From a virus (lineage: Duplodnaviria > Caudoviricetes), in IMG/VR virus record IMGVR_UViG_3300029288_000100, positions 32,001-96,000 of that record: a DNA stretch of 64,000 bases, one strand, 5' to 3'. The translations under genes were made by a program, and so were the position numbers. The notes under the pieces were generated by a model. The model saw nothing but the letters and a program-made list of their open reading frames with translations, had not been told where the DNA came from and ran no database searches. Shown piece by piece: positions 7,373 through 16,452 of the stretch. Every line of letters starts with the position of its first letter. Positions within the stretch are counted from its first letter, which is position 1.

Positions 7373-8714
7373 CGCGCGCCTCGCCCGGCACCTTGTCGGC
7401 CTCCGGTCGGTGACCTCCGACGCGCCCCCATGCCGCCTCGAAGTCGAACCCGACGATGAGCGGCGCCGGCCCCCTCCGCTGCTTGGCCACCGCCACCTCG
7501 AGCACGTCGTCCACCACGTTCACGTCGTAGTATCGGTCGCGGTGCAGAAGGAGGATCAGATCCGCGACCTCCTCGTACCCACCGGAGTTCTTGAGCTCAT
7601 CCAGCTTCGGTCGCTTCTCCCGCTCGCGCTTGATGCGCTTGATCTGCGCCACCACCACGGCGAAGAACCGGTGCCGCTCTGCCATGGTGTGGAGTCGGCG
7701 CAGCGCCTCCGTGATCTGCACCGCGCGATTCACACGGTCTCCGTCGCTGATCGGCACCGCGTACTCGAACAGATCCAGCACAACCACATCGAACCCACGC
7801 CCGCTCACCACCCGCTCAAGGTCGTCCAGGGTGTGGATAACCCGCGAGTCAGCGAAGAACAGGTTCCCACCACCGACCACACGCCGGACCGCCATCCGCA
7901 GAGTCAGGAGCTCCTCCTCGGTGAGATCATCAGGCCGCTTGATCAGCTTCTCGACCTCGACGCGCGCCCGCGCGCAGGCCATCTGATCCACGGTCGCCTG
8001 TGTCCCAACCTCGAGCGGACAGCTCAGGCAGCGACGTCCGTGCTCGGCCTGCCGGACGAGGAGGTTGTTCGCGAACGTTGTCTTGCCCATCCCGGGTCGA
8101 CCCGCCACCACCGCAAGGCGCCCCGGACGCGCCCCCTCGAAGAGCCACTGGTCGAGCGCGCTGAAGTGGAGCGGCTGAAACTGCGCCCGACCCTCTCGCT
8201 TGACCCGCTCGACGTCCTCGTACCACGGCCGCCAGATCTGCTCCCCAGGCTCCACCTCACGTGAGCCCGGGTCCGCGCCGCGCCGCAGCCCCTCCAGCAC
8301 CCGGCTGGCGGCGGCGGCGGCGTCCTCGAGCCGGCCAGCGGGGTCGTCGAGCGCCCCGTAGAGCTCGATGAAGTCCTCCTGCACCAGGCGCTTGGCCGCC
8401 GCGCGCTCCAGCGCCTCCAGGTGCAGGCTGAGGTTCGCCTCTGAGAGCGACCCGAGCTGCTCAAGGGTCGCCAGGTAGCGCGGCTCCACCGTCGACGGGA
8501 GCTGCACGAGCATCGTCTCCGAGGAGTACTCAGCCCCCACCTCGTGCAGCTTTCGCCGGGTCGCCAAGATCGCGCGATGATCCTCACGAGTGAACCAGTC
8601 GGGGTTCACCTTCGGCAACACCTGCGAAAGAACGTCTGTGCCAGCGATCAGCAGTGCGCCGAGGATGACCTGCTCGTTCTTGAGGTCAACCTCCAGCTGC
8701 GGTCCCTCGGCCAT
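7362..8714 (-). CDS. dnaB: Replicative DnaB-like helicase
   Basis: GRPGMGKTT, VAQIKR, LKNSGGYEEVADLILLLHR, KQRRG. Confidence 0.92.
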   Translation of the reverse strand: MAEGPQLEVDLKNEQVILGALLIAGTDVLSQVLPKVNPDWFTREDHRAILATRRKLHEVGAEYSSETMLVQLPSTVEPRYLATLEQLGSLSEANLSLHLEALERAAAKRLVQEDFIELYGALDDPAGRLEDAAAAASRVLEGLRRGADPGSREVEPGEQIWRPWYEDVERVKREGRAQFQPLHFSALDQWLFEGARPGRLAVVAGRPGMGKTTFANNLLVRQAEHGRRCLSCPLEVGTQATVDQMACARARVEVEKLIKRPDDLTEEELLTLRMAVRRVVGGGNLFFADSRVIHTLDDLERVVSGRGFDVVVLDLFEYAVPISDGDRVNRAVQITEALRRLHTMAERHRFFAVVVAQIKRIKREREKRPKLDELKNSGGYEEVADLILLLHRDRYYDVNVVDDVLEVAVAKQRRGPAPLIVGFDFEAAWGRVGGHRPEADKVPGEARDVE

Positions 8715-9421
8715 CAGCCCCTCGTCCGCCGCGAGGTTCCACTGAGGGTGATCTGCGTGAAGGTCCCGAGGACCTCACGAAACCGATCCGGCAACTCCTC
8801 GTCACGGAGGTTACTGGTCACCACGGTCGACCGACCCGCCATGATCCGCTCATCGATCACGCGCTCGATGAACTCCTGCTCACCACGGAACCCGACGAAC
8901 CTACCAACATCGTCGATCGCGAGGAGCGGCGCATGGAAGGCCCGCCACCGCCGCTCATTGCTCGGGTGATCGCACTCGTCGTTCGGACCCACCCGCTGCT
9001 CAAAACGCACGTCAGCAAGGGACGAAGATGTGATGAAGTAGGGAACCTCAGAGCTGCTTCGGAACGCCACCCTCGGGTACGCGCGGCGAACCAACCACGC
9101 TGCGACTCGCGTCTTCCCAGTGCCGTAGATCCCTCGCAGGTAGATGAACTTGGGCTTGGGCTTGGCGTCTGCCAGCTCGTCTCCGATCTTCGCGAGCTGA
9201 GTGATCGCGACTCGGTAGACTGCGTCCCCATCGTCTCGCATGTCCTCCAGCTCGAGCGGAGCAAAGATCAGCGGAACGTTGCAGCGGATCACCAGCGCCC
9301 TCGTGAGCTTGTCGACGACACCAGCTGTTTGTAGTTCGATCTCGAGGCACCTCAAATCCTCTTGGTCCAGTCCGATCCCGTTCACTTCCGACCTCCGTTC
9401 GCGGCCTGATAACGCCGACAC
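8714..9421 (-). CDS. DnaC/IstB-like ATPase (helicase loader)
   Basis: Walker A GIYGTGKT, Walker B LAIDDVG, TSNL motif; lies between initiator and DnaB. Confidence 0.85.
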   Translation of the reverse strand: MSALSGRERRSEVNGIGLDQEDLRCLEIELQTAGVVDKLTRALVIRCNVPLIFAPLELEDMRDDGDAVYRVAITQLAKIGDELADAKPKPKFIYLRGIYGTGKTRVAAWLVRRAYPRVAFRSSSEVPYFITSSSLADVRFEQRVGPNDECDHPSNERRWRAFHAPLLAIDDVGRFVGFRGEQEFIERVIDERIMAGRSTVVTSNLRDEELPDRFREVLGTFTQITLSGTSRRTRG

Positions 9422-10602
9422 TCCTCAGCAGCCCGCTTGTCCCAGTACTCGCGGTCCGTCCCGCCGATGTTGTTCTTTTCGTGCTGCGTCAGCTCCCGCT
9501 TCCGCTTCGGCTGCTTCTGGTAGAGCCGCTGCACGTTGCCCTCCGAGCTCGGCGTCAGGAAGAACCGCAGGCTGCACGGCATGCCGAGGTCCTCCGCGCG
9601 CTCGAGGATCTTGTCCACCACCCCCTTAACCGGGATGAAGTCACCGTCGTGGAAGTTGTCGGTGAACCGCTTCACGTTGCGGAGGAGCGGCGCCATCCCG
9701 TGCACATCGACGGAGAAGAGCTGCCCATCCTCCTCCCCCCGGACCTCGAGAAAGCGGCACACCCAGTACCCGACGAGATCTGACGCCCGCCACTCCTTTG
9801 GGGGAAGGTCACGCCAGCGGGTGAACTCCCAGCGCTGCGAGGGCGTCCGCCGACACTCCTTCCCGGAGGGAGCTTGCTTCTTCACCCGAGGTTTGGACCT
9901 GACGTCTCCTGCCTTGGGCTTCGCCACCCGAGGGGGTGATGTGCTCTCCGCCACGGTCCGACTTCCACCATCCGGGTTCGGAGTCAACTCCTCTTCCTCG
10001 CCACCCTTCGCGTCGGGTAGCGGAGCGTCTCCTCCCTTGCTCCGCAGAGGCGGAGCGGTAGGGATCTTAGAACTGATCTTATTATGATCTAAGGGGGAGG
10101 GACCTGGGGTCCCCCCCAAACCGGACTTAAAGCCCCCCCTGTTCGGACTCGAAGCCCCCCCTGCTTCATCATCGTCTTCTTCCAACTCGACTGACCCGAG
10201 GAGGTGCCTCTCCGCGGTCGCGTGGATGGACTCCGGGACGAAGAGTTCAACGTCTATCACCTGTGTCCCGGAGCGCTTGCGTCGTCTGGTCCGCTGGAGG
10301 AAGTGTTTCTCCTCCATGTCGTCCATGGCTCGTCGCATGCTGCGGCGCACGTTGTCGCGGTCCTTGCGCAGCTCGTCCCGCTGAACAGGAGTCAGATCTC
10401 CATCTGGGTCGTGGAGTGCCGCGCGAACCTGGTCTGCCACACCGCGCATCGACAACTTCCAGCGCGTCTGCTGTGCGGTATAGAACACACCGTAGATGAT
10501 CTTCTGGAAGTCACTCAGTTGCTTGGGTCGACACTGCAGGATGGGGAGGGGGATCTGGATGAAGGGGTAGTTCCTCGGATTCGTCAGGTTAGCGTGTGAC
10601 AT
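9382..10602 (-). CDS. Phage replication initiator-like protein
   Basis: N-terminal wHTH-like region, low-complexity middle containing DNA repeats, position upstream of loader and helicase. Confidence 0.7.
   Translation of the reverse strand: MSHANLTNPRNYPFIQIPLPILQCRPKQLSDFQKIIYGVFYTAQQTRWKLSMRGVADQVRAALHDPDGDLTPVQRDELRKDRDNVRRSMRRAMDDMEEKHFLQRTRRRKRSGTQVIDVELFVPESIHATAERHLLGSVELEEDDDEAGGASSPNRGGFKSGLGGTPGPSPLDHNKISSKIPTAPPLRSKGGDAPLPDAKGGEEEELTPNPDGGSRTVAESTSPPRVAKPKAGDVRSKPRVKKQAPSGKECRRTPSQRWEFTRWRDLPPKEWRASDLVGYWVCRFLEVRGEEDGQLFSVDVHGMAPLLRNVKRFTDNFHDGDFIPVKGVVDKILERAEDLGMPCSLRFFLTPSSEGNVQRLYQKQPKRKRELTQHEKNNIGGTDREYWDKRAAEECRRYQAANGGRK
10063..10166. repeat. Putative replication origin: three GATCT AT-rich repeats (10063, 10075, 10086) and three GGAC-N6/7-CCCCCCC iterons (10100, 10123, 10145)
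   Basis: Read directly; 22-23 bp iteron spacing; lambda-O-like position inside the initiator gene. Confidence 0.65.
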
Positions 10603-10909
10603 CGGTGGACTCCTGGCAGGTCGTGTGGAAAATGAACCCGTTCGCCAGAGCGGTCACTTTGAGTAGGTCCGCCGCAGTGAGATGCTCGATCATGCGCCGC
10701 ACGTGGGATCGACTCGTGCCGAACTCGCGCGCGAGGTAGGAGATGGTCGGGGACCAGCAGTGTGATTCATGCTCCCGGGTGAAGATGAACCCAAACAGCG
10801 CGTGCTCCTCCCAGGAGATCCTCTTCTTGGCGGCAGCACAGCGCGCGATCACAGGACACTGGTCAAAGAGGAAGTCTGTCAGGTGCGTCCCCGGTTGGTT
10901 CGCCTTCAT
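10589..10909 (-). CDS. HTH protein (phage replication-type wHTH)
   Basis: CWSPTISYLAREFGTSRSHVRRMIEHLTAADLL. Confidence 0.7.
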   Translation of the reverse strand: MKANQPGTHLTDFLFDQCPVIARCAAAKKRISWEEHALFGFIFTREHESHCWSPTISYLAREFGTSRSHVRRMIEHLTAADLLKVTALANGFIFHTTCQESTDVTR

Positions 10910-10929
10910 CTCATCAAGCTCCGGACAAG

Positions 10930-11042
10930 GCTCACCCAGGGTGCGCGAGCACCTCTTCGACGAAGACGGAGGTCTCTCTGGGTGAGCGGGGTTCTATCGT
11001 TCTGTGGCTGATCTCCGTCTTCTGCTCATGAGGTGCTCGCGC
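10930..11042 (-). ncRNA. Structured leader of the replication operon (hairpin plus potential pseudoknot)
   Basis: Perfect pairings 10943-10955/11030-11042 (13 bp), 10962-10971/11013-11022 (10 bp) and loop 10978-10987/10930-10939 (10 bp). Confidence 0.6.
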
Positions 11043-11099
11043 GAAGACGAGATTAGCCAGTTCGGTGGGCTGGTATCCAAGTAGAATGAGCGCTGCCGG

Positions 11100-11417
11100 C
11101 TACCCGACCTTCATCCATTCGCCAGTGGCGGGCGTGAAGCGCTCCGTCGGGAGGTGGCGCAGGTGCTGCTGGAAGTACCTCCCGGGGCTCGGCACCCGGC
11201 GGATCTCCTCGATGTGTTCTGGGGCATTCGGTGTGCGGTAGCGGTACACCGCGTTGTTCCGGAAGCGCACCAGCACGAACTTGCGATCCGGGTCGACGGC
11301 GATCGCGGAGAGGTTGGAGCTGGCGAGCTCGACCCATGAACCAGGTTCAGCTCCAAACAGGTCGCGGTCATCAGGAACAGCGTTCAACACATCGATGGCT
11401 TCCTCTGGTGTGATCAT
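11100..11417 (-). CDS. KTSC domain protein
   Basis: SSNLSAIAVD...LVRFRNNAVYRY...SPGRYFQQHLR; start reassigned to ATG 11417 (SD GGAGG). Confidence 0.85.
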   Translation of the reverse strand: MITPEEAIDVLNAVPDDRDLFGAEPGSWVELASSNLSAIAVDPDRKFVLVRFRNNAVYRYRTPNAPEHIEEIRRVPSPGRYFQQHLRHLPTERFTPATGEWMKVG

Positions 11418-12181
11418 GTTTCCTCCATCAGGTCGGGTAGGTACGGGACCTCCCCGAGCTTCTCGGCTTCTGCTAGCATCTCTTCCGCGGTCGAGGTGCA
11501 GGCGGAGATCGCAGCGACCGGGGTTCCCCCGCGCATCACCACCAGCCGTTCCCTCCCGTCCGGTGCGTCCCGTGCCCAGGTATCCGCGCTGGACCGCGCG
11601 AGCGTCAGCAGGGCGTCCAGTGGGAAGAGCGCACCTCCGACCAGCGCCCAGCGGAGTCCACCTTCGTCCTTGACGCCGGTCCGCGGCTTCAGCTTCGGGA
11701 TCGGTCGGGGTTCCCCGTGCGGGGTGATCCACGTGTCCAGGTTCCGGACCGGGGGGTTCTTTTTCTCGGTCGGTTGGAGTCCTGGCACCACGCCCCCGTG
11801 GATCAGCGCCACGAGGTTCTTGTCGCGATGTCCGGCTAGCCACTCTGTCCCGAGGAGCGTGCTCACGGTCAGCGAGGACCACCAGGCGCCCCGCGGCCCA
11901 ACCGGGCGAGGAGTCACAGCCGGGCGGAGTCGCAGCCGGGCGCGCGCTCCGTTCAGATGCAGGTGGAGCCAGAGACCCTCGACATGGGCGATTGCCCCGC
12001 GCCATGCGCCGATCGACTCATGCAGCAACACCAGTGGTTGACCGCCGTTCCTGCCCCTCATGTCTGGTTTGGTGGTTTGTGCGCTCGCGGGGCGAAGTGC
12101 GGGCTCGAGCCATCCACCGTCCGATGCGCGGACGCGCAGGTCCCGCTCGTCACGCACCAGCCAGCCGCGAGGTACGCTCAT
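11414..12181 (-). CDS. Hypothetical protein (MSVPRGWLVRDE...)
   Basis: ATGA overlaps with both neighbours; start reassigned to 12181. Confidence 0.6.
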   Translation of the reverse strand: MSVPRGWLVRDERDLRVRASDGGWLEPALRPASAQTTKPDMRGRNGGQPLVLLHESIGAWRGAIAHVEGLWLHLHLNGARARLRLRPAVTPRPVGPRGAWWSSLTVSTLLGTEWLAGHRDKNLVALIHGGVVPGLQPTEKKNPPVRNLDTWITPHGEPRPIPKLKPRTGVKDEGGLRWALVGGALFPLDALLTLARSSADTWARDAPDGRERLVVMRGGTPVAAISACTSTAEEMLAEAEKLGEVPYLPDLMEET

Positions 12182-13797
12182 CGCTCGCCCTCCAGCCGGC
12201 GCAGCAGCTCCGCGGAGAGGGGGACGCGGCGGCCGGGTTCCTCGCTGAACCAGACGCGGTGTGGTGGTCTCACAGCCTGCGCAACAGCGCGCGCGTGACT
12301 GCGCAGCGAACGGACGCGGTGGTCCCAGAAGTAGAAGTAGGTGGCGTCCGCTTTCCCTGCCGCGGGGCACTTCCGCTTGAAGCGCCCGAGCTGCTGGGTG
12401 AAGCGTCCCGGGTTCCCTGCCGCCGGCGTGCAGCCGAAGCCGCGCGCCAGGCGCGGGATGTTCATGCCCTCGTCGGCAACGGTCGTCCCCACCGCGCACA
12501 GGAGCGATCCGTCCGCAAGGTGCGTGGCGGTCCTGTCTGCCTCCCGGCTGCGGTCGCCACCCATCAGGGTTCCGCACTCGACGCCGCGCCGCCCGAGCCA
12601 GCGTTGCAGCTCCAGGCACAGCTCGCGGCGGTCACCGAGGAGCAGGCACGTCCGCCGCGCGGCGAGCTCGGGAAGGAGGTAGGACAGGATCCGCGCCTGG
12701 CGCTCGCGGTCCCCGACCATCGCGTCGAGCATCGCGCTGTACGGCCGCATCTCGGAGTGGTCACGCCCGTGCAGCTTGGCGAAGCGCTTGGCTGACGCCA
12801 TCGCCGTCTCGCCTTCTCTCCGCCGCCAGCTCTGCGCATCGAGCTCCTTCTCGCAGTGGAGGTCGAACTCGAACGCGGTGGGGACCACGACCACGTCGAC
12901 CGGGATGATCCGTCCGTAGCGGTCCAGGTCCTCGTCGCGGATCTCAAATAGGACATCTGGTACCAGTTTCATACGTTCGTTCAGCTCGCCGCCGAACGCA
13001 TCGCAGAGGAGCGGGTCCTTCCCGTCCTTCCGCCGCCAGGTGGCAGTGGCCCCGATGCGCCAGAGCGCTGGGAAGCGGTTGACCAAATCACTAATAGTAT
13101 TAGCGGGTTGGTGATGACACTCATCGACGAGCACGCACCCCCAGCGGCGGGCGAACCCGGGGTCGCGCTCCACCATGTTGGCGACGGTCTGCACCATCCC
13201 GACGCAGAGCCGCCCGTCGCCGTCGCGTTTCACCTTCCCGTAATGGACGCCGACCGACTTCTCCGGGAGGCCGAGGTGTGCGACCGCGGCGGCAATCCAG
13301 TCGCGGAGGATCCGCTCGGTGTGCACGAGGACGAGCGTGCGCTCCTGTGTCAGCGCCGCCAGCTTGAGCAGGATGCTCGTTTTGCCGCTGCTGCAGGGTC
13401 CAATGATCACGCCCTGCCGGCGCAGGTGCGCCTGACGCGCGGCGCTGCGCTGGTCCGGGTCGAGCGGGAAGGGCGCCCGGAACTCCAGACCTGTTGGCCC
13501 GGTGTCATGGACGCGGAGGTCGACCACCTGGGGTTCAACGCGCTCGCGCTCGAGCAGTGCGAGCAGGCGCCTCAGGCAGCCGCGACCGAGCCGCACCTCC
13601 CGCTCATCGACCTCCATCAGCGTCAGCTTGCGCAGCGTGGTCCCGACGAAGAACCCCATCCTTTCCTTCTTGATGTACTCGGGGTTCGCATAGCAAAACG
13701 TCCCGCGTAGGTCTGTGAGCTTGAGGCGGGTGCGCTCGAGCTCGGCGCAGTCGATTCGGATGTGGGTGTCGATGTGGAGGTGGAGCGGCTGGGTCAC
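12178..13797 (-). CDS. SF2 DEAD/DEAH-box helicase (UvsW/XPB-like)
   Basis: GPCSSGKT, DECHH, GATAT, EGMNIP, QQLGRFKR. Confidence 0.88.
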   Translation of the reverse strand: MTQPLHLHIDTHIRIDCAELERTRLKLTDLRGTFCYANPEYIKKERMGFFVGTTLRKLTLMEVDEREVRLGRGCLRRLLALLERERVEPQVVDLRVHDTGPTGLEFRAPFPLDPDQRSAARQAHLRRQGVIIGPCSSGKTSILLKLAALTQERTLVLVHTERILRDWIAAAVAHLGLPEKSVGVHYGKVKRDGDGRLCVGMVQTVANMVERDPGFARRWGCVLVDECHHQPANTISDLVNRFPALWRIGATATWRRKDGKDPLLCDAFGGELNERMKLVPDVLFEIRDEDLDRYGRIIPVDVVVVPTAFEFDLHCEKELDAQSWRRREGETAMASAKRFAKLHGRDHSEMRPYSAMLDAMVGDRERQARILSYLLPELAARRTCLLLGDRRELCLELQRWLGRRGVECGTLMGGDRSREADRTATHLADGSLLCAVGTTVADEGMNIPRLARGFGCTPAAGNPGRFTQQLGRFKRKCPAAGKADATYFYFWDHRVRSLRSHARAVAQAVRPPHRVWFSEEPGRRVPLSAELLRRLEGER

Positions 13798-13969
13798 GCC
13801 GGGCAGATATCCGGGACGAACCTCGCGGACGGTGCTCGAGCCGGGTCAGCTCCAGCAGATCGGGATCACCAGCGTACCCGCTCCTCCTCGCACTCGAGGC
13901 TGTTCCAGATCGCGCCCCAGGTGGCTGCGGTCCAGAACCAGACGAGGTCACACCAGGCGGCCCAGAGGC

Positions 13970-14536
13970 TCACAGCTCGCCCATCGCCAGTAAGTGGCGC
14001 TGGACTGCGACCTCCACCGGTCCGAGGGCGTCCTGATGGTCAGCCCGCTGCGGGATCTGCCAGGCCTCACCGAGCATGTGCCGCGCCTCATGGGCCAGGT
14101 GAGCCTTCCAGCCTGATGTGACCCCAGCCGGCCACTCGGCCGAGCCCCAGGCAAAACCGTAGCTCCCGCACCCGCTCTTGGGGCTGCAGTCGGGTCCCTT
14201 CGAGCCCATGGCGCACACTCCGGCCACCTTGCACGGCTCGGGACGCTGGACCACGCAGAAGCCGGGCCGGGGCTTGTCGAGGGCGCGGGCCGCCTGCTCG
14301 TAGGTAACCAGCCCGGCGCGGGTGGCCTCGTGAGTGTAGAGCACCACCAGGAGATCAGCGAAGCGGATGACCTCGGGATCAGCGCTGCAGGCCTGGACAG
14401 TGTTCAGGGTGTACTTGGTCTGCTGCCAGGCCGGAGTCAGCCCGTGGCGCGCGGTGGTGGAGCAGCCCGCGACGAGCAGCGCCAGGATCAGGAGGCCGGC
14501 GCGGTGGTTGTGCCACCCGGTTCCAAGGACCTCCAC
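13970..14536 (-). CDS. Lipoprotein with HEXXH zinc-metallopeptidase-like motif
   Basis: Lipobox LVAGC; AHEARH...H; several Cys residues. Confidence 0.6.
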   Translation of the reverse strand: MEVLGTGWHNHRAGLLILALLVAGCSTTARHGLTPAWQQTKYTLNTVQACSADPEVIRFADLLVVLYTHEATRAGLVTYEQAARALDKPRPGFCVVQRPEPCKVAGVCAMGSKGPDCSPKSGCGSYGFAWGSAEWPAGVTSGWKAHLAHEARHMLGEAWQIPQRADHQDALGPVEVAVQRHLLAMGEL

Positions 14537-14539
14537 AGC

Positions 14540-14872
14540 TCACCTCCTGCCGGCGATCCGGCGCATGTCTCGCTGCATCTCCTGCAGCGTCTGGTTGATG
14601 GACCGCAGATCAGCCTGCGTCTGCAGCACCGCCCGCTCGTGTTCGGCCCGCGGGGTGTAGCGGCGGGGCATGTCCTGGTGCGCGCGGTCCACGTCGCTAT
14701 CGCAGTGCTGACGAATCGCGGCGCCCACCTCAGCCTTGACCCGCTCCTGCTGCTCGCCGGCGAACGCGAACACTGCGATCCCGAGAGAGACGATGAGCCC
14801 GAGCAGGCCGAGTGTGGGCACGCTGGACTTGAGTTTCGCCGCGCTGAGCGGCCCTGACGGCTCCTTGGTCAT
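14540..14872 (-). CDS. Single-TM coiled-coil membrane protein (possible lysis accessory)
   Basis: TLGLLGLIVSLGIAVFAFAG followed by a coiled coil; start reassigned to 14872. Confidence 0.6.
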   Translation of the reverse strand: MTKEPSGPLSAAKLKSSVPTLGLLGLIVSLGIAVFAFAGEQQERVKAEVGAAIRQHCDSDVDRAHQDMPRRYTPRAEHERAVLQTQADLRSINQTLQEMQRDMRRIAGRR

Positions 14873-15105
14873 GATGGCACCTTCACCTTGAACTTGTGAC
14901 AGACCCCCTGGAGCATCATCTCCATGCGGTCCAGTCGCAGGTTGACCTCGTCCACCTGCTGGTGCAGGCGCTTGACTACCTGGGCCAGGACACGGTGCCC
15001 CTCGTCGAGCATGTCCTGGCGCTCGTCGAGTTCCTCGAGTGCAGTGTCTTTGGCGCCTCCCGGGAGAACTTTCAGCTCGGCGCTTTGCTGTTGCTTTCGG
15101 GTCAC
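14869..15105 (-). CDS. Small coiled-coil hypothetical protein
   Basis: Heptad pattern; ATGA overlap with the next gene. Confidence 0.6.
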   Translation of the reverse strand: MTRKQQQSAELKVLPGGAKDTALEELDERQDMLDEGHRVLAQVVKRLHQQVDEVNLRLDRMEMMLQGVCHKFKVKVPS

Positions 15106-15108
15106 AGA

Positions 15109-16389
15109 TTACCCCCCTGCTCTGCAGGTGCTCGGTTGTGGTTGTCGCTTCCCCAGGTCTGCATAGATCTTCCGGCGCGTCGCCGGCCACCCCTGTTTGA
15201 GCAGCTGGCGCGCCACGGAGCGCACAGAGTCGGCCTGAGTTGATGAGAGTAGCCACGGCCGTTTGGTGCGATCGATCGCCACGCCACAGCGCACGAGGAG
15301 CCGGTCCACCGCGCCGCGTGCAACGCCCAGCTCCCGGGCTAGGTCAGACACCGCGATGCCGCCGGAGCGCCACAGGCCGAGCCGTCGTACACGCTGGGTG
15401 ACCGCGTAATTGCTCTTGCCGAGCCGGACGGCGATGTCGCGCACCAGGTGCCCACTGGGGTAGAGCTGGCGCAGCTCCGCGTCCTGCTCCGCGGTCCACC
15501 TGTTGCTCCTGGTCGGTTGCGGACGGGCGGGATCAGCGCGCGCCCATCTCCTCCGCTGCCCGCGTGTGAGTAAGCGGCGCAGGCGCGCGGCGATCGCAGT
15601 TGAGGGTCGGCCGAGTGGCGCAGCGAGTAGGCGTCCGCATTCCTCCGCGTCGGGTCGGCCTGCAGCTTCCCAGCGCTGTAGGAGCCGCGCCTCCTCCTCG
15701 GCCGTCCACCAGCGATGGATGGACCAGCTCGGGGGGATGGGCCCATCGCCCGATGGCCGCTGTGCGAGCACTCGGAGCGCCTGCTGTTCGATCTGTTGTA
15801 CTCGCTGCCGGGTGATGCCCAGCCTTCTGCCAATCGCGTCGAAAGGCATCCCACAGCGCAGGTGGAGCCGTAGAACCTCCACCTGCCTCGGGGTGAGGGC
15901 AGCCAACATGCGCCGCACCCCCTTGTCGTCCTCGTCAGCGATGAGCGCGGTGAGCAACTCGCGTCCGTCGACGCCGACCATTCGCGCAACCAGCGCGCGA
16001 TCATCCTCCTCGCCGGGTTGTGTAGTATCCAGGGACGTGGTTGAGGGTAGCGAAGCCGCCAGGTCGCGGTCGTGGGCACTCTTTTCGAGCACGTACTCAG
16101 GCACGCGGATCGTCCGACCGCAACGCTTGAGGTACCGGCCGATCATGGCGGTCACCCAGTACTTCGCGTAGGTGGTGAAGGTGTTTCCCCGTGCCGGGTC
16201 GAAGAGCTCGAGCGCGCGAATCAGACCCGTGCGACCCTCCTGGAGCAAGTCCTCCATCTCCATACCGAGGCGTCTGGCTCGAACCGCGTACCTTTTGGCC
16301 ACGTGTCGAACGAAGGCATCGTGTCGCTCGAGCACGACGGAGAGTGCAACCGTTCCGGCGCGTAGCTCGGCGATGAGGTCGGCGCTCAC
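15109..16389 (-). CDS. Sigma-70 family sigma factor with C-terminal Myb/GcrA-like and HTH extensions
   Basis: Region 2 DLLQEGRTGLIRALELFDPARGNTFTTYAKYW; region 4 LTPRQVEVL...LGITRQRVQQIEQQAL; two WTAE(E/Q) repeats follow. Confidence 0.85.
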   Translation of the reverse strand: MSADLIAELRAGTVALSVVLERHDAFVRHVAKRYAVRARRLGMEMEDLLQEGRTGLIRALELFDPARGNTFTTYAKYWVTAMIGRYLKRCGRTIRVPEYVLEKSAHDRDLAASLPSTTSLDTTQPGEEDDRALVARMVGVDGRELLTALIADEDDKGVRRMLAALTPRQVEVLRLHLRCGMPFDAIGRRLGITRQRVQQIEQQALRVLAQRPSGDGPIPPSWSIHRWWTAEEEARLLQRWEAAGRPDAEECGRLLAAPLGRPSTAIAARLRRLLTRGQRRRWARADPARPQPTRSNRWTAEQDAELRQLYPSGHLVRDIAVRLGKSNYAVTQRVRRLGLWRSGGIAVSDLARELGVARGAVDRLLVRCGVAIDRTKRPWLLSSTQADSVRSVARQLLKQGWPATRRKIYADLGKRQPQPSTCRAGG

Positions 16390-16452
16390 AGTCCGTTTCC
16401 AGTAGTTGACCGAGTGGTGAGATCACACCTCATGCGGTGCTCTCGGGTTCTG

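Noticed and set aside
13866-13973. 35-aa Trp-rich minus-strand ORF (MSLWAAWCDLVWFW...) overlapping the lipoprotein stop
   Set aside because: Plausible coupled mini-gene but too short to support without homologues.
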